Made by a program: the position numbers and the translations under genes. The notes under the pieces were generated by a model. The model was not told where the DNA came from and searched no databases. It was given only the letters and a program-made list of their open reading frames with translations. Shown here piece after piece: positions 1 through 6,835 of a DNA stretch of 32,308 bases (positions are counted from its first letter, which is position 1; each line of letters opens with the position of its first letter). The DNA comes from a virus (taxonomy: Duplodnaviria; Caudoviricetes): IMG/VR virus record IMGVR_UViG_3300005512_000191, positions 1 to 32,308 of that record; one strand, given 5' to 3'.

Positions 1-10
1 AATAGAAACG

Positions 11-52
11 TGTCGGGGCGGACGGATTTGAACCGTCGACCTCTACATCCCC
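11..52 (-). tRNA. 3' half of a tRNA-Pro (truncated), probable attachment-site core
   Basis: Reverse complement reads GGGGATGTAGAGGTCGACGGTTCAAATCCGTCCGCCCCGACA: T-arm GACGG-TTCAAAT-CCGTC and Pro-type acceptor 3' strand CGCCCCG-A; no 5' anticodon stem or D-arm upstream. Confidence 0.85.
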
Positions 53-59
53 TAGTACG

Positions 60-176
60 GCAACGGGGTAAAACCGTCCGGGTAGCAAAAATGCTATTTG
101 AAAGTAGCTTTTTGCCTCTCCTGGGCGGTTTTCGGTGTCATGTGTCATATGGAAAATGTGACATTTATCCCGTTGT
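60..176 (+). ncRNA. Candidate structured RNA or ssDNA element (three-way junction)
   Basis: Pairings 60-69/167-176, 70-82/120-132, 85-91/109-115, 93-98/103-108, 143-150/156-163; mismatches are G-U compatible on the + strand. Confidence 0.4.
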
Positions 177-214
177 GACAGAGACCTTACAAAAACATGA
201 CGTGCGTCCTTATC

Positions 215-243
215 TTGCATATAGGTATACCGTATGATAAGAT
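215..243 (+). promoter_or_regulatory. sigma70-type promoter of the left operon
   Basis: TTGCAT(215-220)-N17-TAAGAT(238-243) with extended -10 TG; lies upstream of GAGGTG RBS and ATG 278. Confidence 0.6.
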
Positions 244-277
244 GGAGGTGGTTCAAAAACGTGTAAGTGAGGTGCTT

Positions 278-1009
278 ATGGCGACGCTATTGCAGTTTCT
301 GGCAGCGAATTCGTTGTGGTTGGTGGGGCTGGGACTGATGTTGGCCTCGTCAGGTATCGATGGGGCGTACATGGCACGCTGGATGACGGACTTGCCGGGC
401 GTTGGCGGGGCTGCAGTGCTGGGGTATGTGCTCAATACGACCTCGGATTTGGGCGGGCTGGTCCTCACGTATTGGTTCGGCAGGTTGCAGCAATCGCCGA
501 AGAACTCGAAGCAGTTCCGGCTCAGCTGGGTATTGATTGGGGCCGAGCTGGTGGCGGTGGGGTATTCATGGTTGTTCAGCTGGCGCCAGTTGCGCATTGT
601 GCTGCTGCCTATTGAGGGGGACTCCGCAGCCTGGGTGTCGCCAATCGCAGCGGGGTTTATCCCGCTGCTGCTTGCGTTCGTGGGCTACGCACAAGCGCTG
701 CTTGCCGGGCGCATTGAGCGCCAGAGCGAGGAGCCGTTGCGCGCATTTGCGCATGGTAACGGGCACGATCCGGCGGTGCATGCGTTGCGTGCGACGCAGC
801 CGGCGCATGGTGCGGTCAGGTCTGCGGCTTTGCGTCCAGAGCTGAACGCAGTGCGTGCGGCCTCCGCAGAGGATGCGCAGTTCGAGTGCGAGTATTGCGG
901 TCGCACGTTTAGCACAGCACAGGGGGTAAGCGCGCATATGCGTTTCTGCGCTGCGTACAAGGCGCAGCAAGCGCGCGTGCCGCAGGCTAGCGCGGAGGTG
1001 ACGCGATGA
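278..1009 (+). CDS. Multi-pass membrane protein with C-terminal zinc finger
   Basis: About 4 hydrophobic segments, low-complexity linker, then CEYCGRTFSTAQGVSAHMRFC; RBS GAGGTG supports ATG 278 rather than 197. Confidence 0.8.
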   Translation: MATLLQFLAANSLWLVGLGLMLASSGIDGAYMARWMTDLPGVGGAAVLGYVLNTTSDLGGLVLTYWFGRLQQSPKNSKQFRLSWVLIGAELVAVGYSWLFSWRQLRIVLLPIEGDSAAWVSPIAAGFIPLLLAFVGYAQALLAGRIERQSEEPLRAFAHGNGHDPAVHALRATQPAHGAVRSAALRPELNAVRAASAEDAQFECEYCGRTFSTAQGVSAHMRFCAAYKAQQARVPQASAEVTR

Positions 1010-1389
1010 GCGGGATCGTGGCGATCTCGGTCGCTGTCCTCGGCGTCGGTTTCCTGCTCTGGCTGATGCGCGGCGGTCGCGCCCCGGAGATCTCCGCGAG
1101 TACGACGGCGCCGCAGATGGCGGGCCGTGGCTGTATGGCGATGATCGGCGGGCTGTGCGTGATCGTTTTGTTGCTGGGCGCGCTGGGGGCCTGGATCGGG
1201 CATCCCATCGGCGGCCCGCATGACCCGGCACAGACGGAGCGTGCGCACCAGTGGGCACGCGAGACGCTGCCGGATAGCTACTGGGAAGGCACGCAGCATG
1301 AGCGCAACACCACAATAGCCTTGCTGCTGCCCTTTGTGGTTATAGGCGGTCTGCTGCTGGGTTGGGGCGTGGCGAGCCTGTTCATTTGA
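1006..1389 (+). CDS. Hypothetical membrane protein (about 3 TM)
   Basis: ATGA overlap with previous gene, GGAGG RBS, three hydrophobic stretches. Confidence 0.75.
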   Translation: MSGIVAISVAVLGVGFLLWLMRGGRAPEISASTTAPQMAGRGCMAMIGGLCVIVLLLGALGAWIGHPIGGPHDPAQTERAHQWARETLPDSYWEGTQHERNTTIALLLPFVVIGGLLLGWGVASLFI

Positions 1390-1402
1390 CGGAGGTGCTG
1401 GC

Positions 1403-1909
1403 ATGAAGCAGGTAGCGGGATGGGTGATTATCGTGCTGGCGCTGGCCGGGGTGCTGGCGATCGTTCTGATGCCGGTCACGCAGGCGTGGGGAGAGCGCGT
1501 GGAGGCCAACACGCAGATTAAGCAGGATTGGTGGACGGTTGAGCGCGTGGAGCGCGCACGCAGGGCGCAGGGGCGCACGGATGCGATCATTGCGGCGTCG
1601 AATGTGGCGCTGTGGACGCTGGCGATCGGGATCCCGGCTGTGGCGCTGATCGCGCTGGTGCTCTGGTTCCGCGTAGCCACGCAGCGACGCGTGGTGCAGA
1701 AGTTGCCGGCGGATGTGCCGGTATTGATCGAGCGCCGGATCTATGATCCCCGCAGCACGGTGAATCTGTCGCTGGATGCGGCGCACGCACCGAGCATCGA
1801 TCATGGCCAGGCACTGGCGCTGGGACGCACGCAGTACACGCAGGTGGAGCTCAAGCCACGCTTCCCGGTGGCGCCGGCGCAGCCGGTGTTGGAGGTGGAC
1901 TATGAGTGA
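1403..1909 (+). CDS. Hypothetical membrane protein (2 TM)
   Basis: GGAGG RBS; N-terminal and central hydrophobic helices. Confidence 0.75.
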   Translation: MKQVAGWVIIVLALAGVLAIVLMPVTQAWGERVEANTQIKQDWWTVERVERARRAQGRTDAIIAASNVALWTLAIGIPAVALIALVLWFRVATQRRVVQKLPADVPVLIERRIYDPRSTVNLSLDAAHAPSIDHGQALALGRTQYTQVELKPRFPVAPAQPVLEVDYE

Positions 1910-2900
1910 GCAGGCAGCCGCAGCGAGCAATGGCCAGGGGTTAGGGCAGCCGGGTGAGCGCCATGTGCGTTTCCTGGGTATCTCGTCTGAGGTGCGGTTG
2001 CCGCTGCTGCAGTTGGCGGCCATCGCAGGCTGTGATCTGGGGACGCTGATGTTGGTGATTGTGCTGGCGGTGATGGTAGGGCCGGGACTGTTGTGCGTGG
2101 GGTCGCTGCTGGTGCTGGGCGCACGGATGCCGGCGATCACCAGCTGGATGATCCACCACACGGAGCGCAGCGCACAGTGGATCCTGAAGGGCATCGCGAT
2201 TTTGGAGCGGTTCTGGTTGCTCCTCCTGGGCCCGCCGCTCTGCGCGTTCTTCCTGCTGGTGGTGCCGTTTCGCTGGCAGACCGAGCCGCGGTGGGTGTGG
2301 GATTGGCTGGGCGCGGTCGAGCGCGGGCACTGGCTGTTGGTGATGGGCGCGCGCGTGGGGATTGGTCCTTTCGCGCGGGTGCTGCTGGGGGCGCTGCCGG
2401 TGGTCTTGATTCCGGCGTTGCGTATTGGCCGGCGGCGGTTCAAGAACGAGGTGGATTCGTTTGCGCCGTTGGCTGCGGTGGATCCCAGTTCGGCGGGGGT
2501 TGATCCGCAGCGTTGGGCGACGCGCGAGGTACAGCCAGAGCAGGCGGTGACGGTGCGCGTGGAAACGTTGCTGCGCCGCGATCCGGAGACTGTGGGCGCG
2601 GTGGGGGTGCGTGTGGGGGATGTGATCACGCACGCGGAGATCACGGCGACGTTGGACCAGTGGAAGGCGCTGACCTACGAGGCGATGAAGCGGAGACCGC
2701 AGCCGACGGACGCACAGATGAGCAGCTATGACGCGTTCAGTTTGAGGACCTGGCGTGCGCTCAAAACCGATCTCGTGGGGGCCGGATTCCTGGAGCCGAA
2801 GGGGAACGGGAACAAGGGGGCGAATGCCGGCTATCAGTTCAGTGATGCGTTCCGCCAGGTGTTGTGGCGGCGCGAATGGAGCCCCGGGCAGCTGGATTGA
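1902..2900 (+). CDS. Membrane protein with putative C-terminal winged-helix-like domain
   Basis: GGAGG RBS before ATG 1902; 3-4 hydrophobic segments; C-terminal SLRTWRALKTDLVGAGFLEPKG...GYQFSDAFRQVL resembles helix plus wing. Confidence 0.7.
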   Translation: MSEQAAAASNGQGLGQPGERHVRFLGISSEVRLPLLQLAAIAGCDLGTLMLVIVLAVMVGPGLLCVGSLLVLGARMPAITSWMIHHTERSAQWILKGIAILERFWLLLLGPPLCAFFLLVVPFRWQTEPRWVWDWLGAVERGHWLLVMGARVGIGPFARVLLGALPVVLIPALRIGRRRFKNEVDSFAPLAAVDPSSAGVDPQRWATREVQPEQAVTVRVETLLRRDPETVGAVGVRVGDVITHAEITATLDQWKALTYEAMKRRPQPTDAQMSSYDAFSLRTWRALKTDLVGAGFLEPKGNGNKGANAGYQFSDAFRQVLWRREWSPGQLD

Positions 2901-2990
2901 GGGTTCTATCGGTTCTACCGGGTCGGTTCTCCCCCTGAAAAGGCTGGTTTTGGGCCTGGGGAGAACCTGGGGGAGGGGAGAGGATACACA

Positions 2991-3419
2991 TTGAGCACAG
3001 GAGAGTCTATGCAGGAAGAGACACGTAAGCCACGCATTAGCCACCGGCAGGCGCTGAAATTGGGGCGGCTGTTGGCGATGGAGTACCGCCCCACGGAGTT
3101 GGCAAGGGAGATCGGGTGCCACCGGTCGACCATCTATGACTGCTATATCCCCAACGGGGCCCCCCACCGGCGTGATGAGAAGGGGCATCTGTGGATTGTG
3201 GGCACGGAATTCGCCGCCTGGGCCAGGGCAACGATCCAGCGGAGGAAGTTGGAGATGCGCAAGGGGCAGGCGTTCTGTATGCGCTGTAAGCGGATCGTGA
3301 CGATGCAGGGGCCGATCAGCGAGCGCGAGGTGAAGAGCGCGCTGCTGTTGCACGGTACGTGTCCGCAGTGTTTCGGGGACGTGGTACGGTTCGAGAGTCC
3401 GGAGGGGGGTGTAGGATGA
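2991..3419 (+). CDS. HTH plus C-terminal zinc-ribbon (DUF5679-like) protein
   Basis: PTELAREIGCHRSTIY HTH; AFCMRCK...GTCPQC two CxxC pairs; alternative start ATG 3009. Confidence 0.8.
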   Translation: MSTGESMQEETRKPRISHRQALKLGRLLAMEYRPTELAREIGCHRSTIYDCYIPNGAPHRRDEKGHLWIVGTEFAAWARATIQRRKLEMRKGQAFCMRCKRIVTMQGPISEREVKSALLLHGTCPQCFGDVVRFESPEGGVG

Positions 3420-3625
3420 ACAGACGGGATGCGCTGATTGAGGCACTGCTGTTGGTCAATGGCTCGATTTCCGACTTGATTGCTAATGACAATGAGTTGG
3501 CTACCGTCGAGGAATGCATTGATGATGTGGACAAAGAGAAGGTTATCAGGGAGTTGTCGCAGATTAGGCGCTCCATTCGCCGGCGGCTGGGTCGGTTGAT
3601 GTCACGGGACTGGGGCGATCGATGA
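3416..3625 (+). CDS. Small hypothetical protein
   Basis: ATGA overlaps on both sides; helical, lower GC than neighbours. Confidence 0.6.
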   Translation: MNRRDALIEALLLVNGSISDLIANDNELATVEECIDDVDKEKVIRELSQIRRSIRRRLGRLMSRDWGDR

Positions 3626-4677
3626 TCCTACGTGAGAATTGGCAGGATGTGCAGAAGCACCTGGAGTACCGGCGGGCCGTACATCAGGATGCGCTGCGGA
3701 CGCTACAGACGCGGGGGTCGGCGCTGCAGCTGCTGTTGCAGTGGGCGAATGACAAGGCGCTCGCGCGAGCTCCGGAGTTGCGCCCGAGCTATCCGGAATT
3801 CCTGGCACGGCAGCGCCGCGACGGGCAGCCGTTGGCCAGGGGGACACAGGAGACGTGGCTGTCGATGGCGCGGGTATTCTTCCAGTGGGCGATGGCAGCG
3901 CACCCGCGACGCTACCGGCGGGTGACGACGCTGTGGTTGGATGCGCTGCGGCCGGCAAAGGCGCGGGGCCATCTGCACGAGCGGCAAGCCTACAGCCTGG
4001 ACGATGTGCGCGCTATTCTGGCGATCGACGATGACCGCTTGCGTGTGCGCCGGGTGCAGGCAGCGACGGCGTTTCTCTTCCTGAGCGGGGCGCGGATCGG
4101 GGCGTTTGTGACGCTGCCGATCAGTGCGGTGGATGTGGCGCATCGCGAGGTGCACCAGTGGACGGACCTGGGCGTGCGCACCAAGTTCAGCAAGAGCGCG
4201 ACCACATTCCTGCTGGATATCCCTGATCTATTGGCCGTAGCAGCCCGCTGGGATGCGCTGGTGCGCGCAGAGCTGCCGGCAGAGGCAATGTGGTACCCGA
4301 ATATCACCGGGGCCAGGATCAAGGCCGTAGAGGGCACGACGCTGCAGAGCCCCTACCGGAGCCGGTCGTATTACCGGGGCTTGCGTGTGCTGTGTGAGCG
4401 TGCCGGCGTGGCGTATTTGTCTCCGCACAAGTTACGCCATGGCCATGTGATGCACGCGCTCAACAATGCGAAGACACCGGCAGACTGGAAGGCGATCAGC
4501 CAGAATGTGATGCACTCGGGGTTGGGAACGACGGACGAGATCTATGGGATTCTGAAGGACGAGGATGTCGCCGGCAGAATCGCGCGGATGGGTGGTAATA
4601 TTACCACGGCGGGGGCTTTGTCACAGGGGGAGATTCTGGCGCAGATACAGGCGTTGATGGCGCAATTACAGCAGTAG
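3622..4677 (+). CDS. Tyrosine recombinase/integrase
   Basis: Catalytic motifs FLSGARIGA (R), VRTK (K), PHKLRHG (HxxR), VMHS (H), TTDEIY (Y). Confidence 0.93.
   Translation: MILRENWQDVQKHLEYRRAVHQDALRTLQTRGSALQLLLQWANDKALARAPELRPSYPEFLARQRRDGQPLARGTQETWLSMARVFFQWAMAAHPRRYRRVTTLWLDALRPAKARGHLHERQAYSLDDVRAILAIDDDRLRVRRVQAATAFLFLSGARIGAFVTLPISAVDVAHREVHQWTDLGVRTKFSKSATTFLLDIPDLLAVAARWDALVRAELPAEAMWYPNITGARIKAVEGTTLQSPYRSRSYYRGLRVLCERAGVAYLSPHKLRHGHVMHALNNAKTPADWKAISQNVMHSGLGTTDEIYGILKDEDVAGRIARMGGNITTAGALSQGEILAQIQALMAQLQQ
4592..4607. promoter_or_regulatory. 16-bp perfect palindrome, parS-like copy 1
   Basis: GTGGTAATATTACCAC; 13/16 identical to copies at 7725 and 9358. Confidence 0.6.
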
Positions 4678-4696
4678 GGAGTAGGAAGTAAGAAGT

Positions 4697-4726
4697 AAGC
4701 CCCGGCAGTCTAGCCGGGGCTTTTTT
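4697..4726 (+). terminator. Rho-independent terminator (possibly bidirectional)
   Basis: AAGCCCCGGC-AGTCTA-GCCGGGGCTT followed by a T run, between convergent genes. Confidence 0.85.
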
Positions 4727-5090
4727 GTGCGCGGACGACATCACGCCAGCGATTGAGCTCCGCGAGAGCTATGCGCCAGTGCTCACCGCGCTTGAAGGCG
4801 ACAATCATGTCATCCTGAATCATACGCCGGATCGTGTCGGATGACACACCCAGATCCTCCGCGACCTCAGCCGTGGAAAACTCGCGCTTGAGCCACGGTT
4901 GAGTGGCCATGATGTGGCGATATTCCTGCTCTACGGAGTCGAGCTCACGGAGATCCCGCATGATGGTGGAACGGTTGAAGCCAAGGGCATCGCCGATCTC
5001 CTGCAGCGTGAGATCGGCGATGATGCCATCCTGACGGAGGTGGTAGAGGATCATCAGCCGCGCGGCTTTGGATGATGTGCGTTTAGTCAT
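4710..5090 (-). CDS. Double-HTH DNA-binding protein (C-terminal excisionase/MerR-like HTH)
   Basis: TLQEIGDALGFNRSTIMRDL and STAEVAEDLGVSSDTIRRMI...GEHWRI; start 5090 or 5111. Confidence 0.8.
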   Translation of the reverse strand: MTKRTSSKAARLMILYHLRQDGIIADLTLQEIGDALGFNRSTIMRDLRELDSVEQEYRHIMATQPWLKREFSTAEVAEDLGVSSDTIRRMIQDDMIVAFKRGEHWRIALAELNRWRDVVRAQKSPG

Positions 5091-5188
5091 CGCTATGCCT
5101 GATAGATCCATACCGGGAAATGAGGGTCGCCTGAATGTACACGCACAAACCCCATCAATATCGGCTCGCTCACCGCGTTGGGGATCTC

Positions 5189-5434
5189 AGGCGCCGGGAC
5201 CCCGGACACCCTCCGGGGCGTTTTTTTGCAGAAATATAGAACAAATGCGCCCTAGCCATCTGACCAGTATTATACGGTTTTAGCATATTGTGCATTGCAT
5301 TATGTACGGTTAGGCGCCGGGACCCCGGACACCCTCCGGGGCGTTTTTTTGCAGAAATATAGAACAAATGCGCCCTAGCCATCTGACCAGTATTATACGG
5401 TTTTAGCATATTGTGCATTGCATTATGTACGGTT
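5189..5434. repeat. Exact tandem duplication, 2 x 123 bp
   Basis: 5189-5311 identical to 5312-5434. Confidence 0.95.
5200..5227 (+). terminator. Terminator-like hairpin (second copy at 5323-5350)
   Basis: CCCCGGA-CACCC-TCCGGGG-CG-T7. Confidence 0.65.
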
Positions 5435-5446
5435 TCCGTATATAAT
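5418..5446 (+). promoter_or_regulatory. Strong rightward sigma70 promoter with palindromic operator in the spacer
   Basis: TTGCAT(5418-5423)-N17-TATAAT(5441-5446); TACGG-TTT-CCGTA at 5428-5440. Confidence 0.8.
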
Positions 5447-5489
5447 AGAGTCAGGTAAGGGGAAAACACACAGACACAGAGGAGAAGAA

Positions 5490-5855
5490 ATGGCAGACAC
5501 AACGGAAATTCTAGGAACATACAGCGGGATCAAAGTTGAATTCTCAGTTATGGTCGACACCTACACCGTACAGGTTTACGGCCCGGTGCGAGGCGGCTAT
5601 CGCGCAGTTTCCAAAACACAGCGCAACGACAACGTAGTGAGTGAGAAATTCGACACACTCGATCAGGCACGTGATCGCGGCATCGAGATCCTGAATGAGA
5701 AACCGATGCGTGATGGGTACGCTGAGGTGCGGGCATGGTTCGAGGATGGCGGCGCTACATATGCGGCAAACTACCCTGGGAAAGATGTTCTGGGTGTCCG
5801 CTTCGAGAAAGGCGCAACCATCATCCGCAAACAACGTCAGAATCTAGCAATCTAA
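5490..5855 (+). CDS. Hypothetical early protein
   Basis: AGGAG RBS before ATG 5490; first gene after the promoter; lower GC. Confidence 0.7.
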   Translation: MADTTEILGTYSGIKVEFSVMVDTYTVQVYGPVRGGYRAVSKTQRNDNVVSEKFDTLDQARDRGIEILNEKPMRDGYAEVRAWFEDGGATYAANYPGKDVLGVRFEKGATIIRKQRQNLAI

Positions 5856-5903
5856 GCAACTACAAGGCCGGGACTGCAAACCGGCCCCCAGGGAGGAAAA
5901 CAG

Positions 5904-6149
5904 ATGGTCAGACAATCATCAGTACACATAACCGAAGCCACAGATCGCCAGGTTACCGCACTCAAAGCTGCTGGATTCGGGACATTCACGGACATCGTGC
6001 GAACCGCAATAGATAGGATGTATACCGAGGCGGCTGCGCGTGAGTTCCGCGATCCGCAACAGCAGGCGGCGTACATCCTGGAGTGCGAACTGTTGAGCGA
6101 CCAGGATGCCGGTGTAGGGCCCGCGGAGGCTGAGACCACGACGGGCTAA
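5904..6149 (+). CDS. Small ribbon-helix-helix-like regulator
   Basis: GGAGG RBS; beta strand QSSVHIT then two helices ending TDIVRTAIDRMY. Confidence 0.65.
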   Translation: MVRQSSVHITEATDRQVTALKAAGFGTFTDIVRTAIDRMYTEAAAREFRDPQQQAAYILECELLSDQDAGVGPAEAETTTG

Positions 6150-6259
6150 CCTCCTTTGAAGCCGGGGAGCATGGGACCTGCGAGAGCAGACGGCTCCCCG
6201 GTGGAGGGGATTGCGGAAGAATCAGCGAATGAGCGAATCAGCGAATAAGGGAGGCGGAT

Positions 6260-6373
6260 GTGAACGAGATTGCAGGGGACTGGGTGTTTTGGGCGGTGGT
6301 GTTGGCGGGGTTTGGATCGCTCGTCTATCAGGCGCTTTTTGAGAAGAACGGTGGGATGCGGTGGCGGAAGTAG
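6260..6373 (+). CDS. 37-aa single-TM peptide (not in the ORF track)
   Basis: GGAGG RBS, GTG start, MNEIAGDWVFWAVVLAGFGSLVYQALFEKNGGMRWRK. Confidence 0.55.
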   Translation: MNEIAGDWVFWAVVLAGFGSLVYQALFEKNGGMRWRK

Positions 6374-6558
6374 CCATCAGGCTACGCCAGGTGGATCGCC
6401 GGGCGCCGGCCTTGCACGAGCTGGTGAGCCAGGGGCAGGGCCAGGTGACGGCGATGGTGGATGCGCTGGATGAAGCGCGCGCGTTGGTGGCGGCGGTGCT
6501 GGAGGCAAAGCACGCGGAGCGGCATCGGAAGCATTTTGGGGAGGCGAGTGATGGATGA
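6361..6558 (+). CDS. Small hypothetical protein
   Basis: Fills the operon gap, overlaps neighbours, amphipathic helical composition. Confidence 0.55.
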   Translation: MAEVAIRLRQVDRRAPALHELVSQGQGQVTAMVDALDEARALVAAVLEAKHAERHRKHFGEASDG

Positions 6559-6835
6559 GGCTGAAGTCAAGAGTCACGAGTCTGAAGTCAACGATGGGGA
6601 GTATCAGTACAGTGGTGTAGTCTCCTTCAGGGATCCACGGCGGGTGGTGCGCTATCTGCAGACCCGTCTCGCAGATGAGTTGGCGCGGGAATTAGCCGGC
6701 CTCGACGAGGCGAACGCTGTGGAGGCGCTGATCTACGCCGAGGATCGGTTGGCGAATGCGTTGAGCGTGGTGCGGCTGTGTTTGAATCAGATCGATGTTA
6801 GCAATATCAGCGACGCAGGGATGGCACACGAGTAA
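6551..6835 (+). CDS. Hypothetical protein
   Basis: GGAGG RBS before ATG 6551; TAATG coupling to next gene. Confidence 0.65.
   Translation: MDEAEVKSHESEVNDGEYQYSGVVSFRDPRRVVRYLQTRLADELARELAGLDEANAVEALIYAEDRLANALSVVRLCLNQIDVSNISDAGMAHE

Noticed and set aside
11-90. Intact tRNA gene
   Set aside because: Only the 3' half is present; no D-arm or 5' acceptor strand
10-237. 75-aa ORF
   Set aside because: Runs through the tRNA remnant, structured element and promoter; no RBS or protein-like features
566-3446. Long minus-strand ORFs (249-501 aa)
   Set aside because: Antisense shadows of well-coupled + strand genes in high-GC DNA; R/P/A-rich with no motifs
5189-5434. CRISPR array
   Set aside because: Only two adjacent 123-bp units, no spacers and no cas genes
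5170-5520. Minus-strand ORF with 41-aa repeat
   Set aside because: By-product of the 123-bp duplication across promoter DNA
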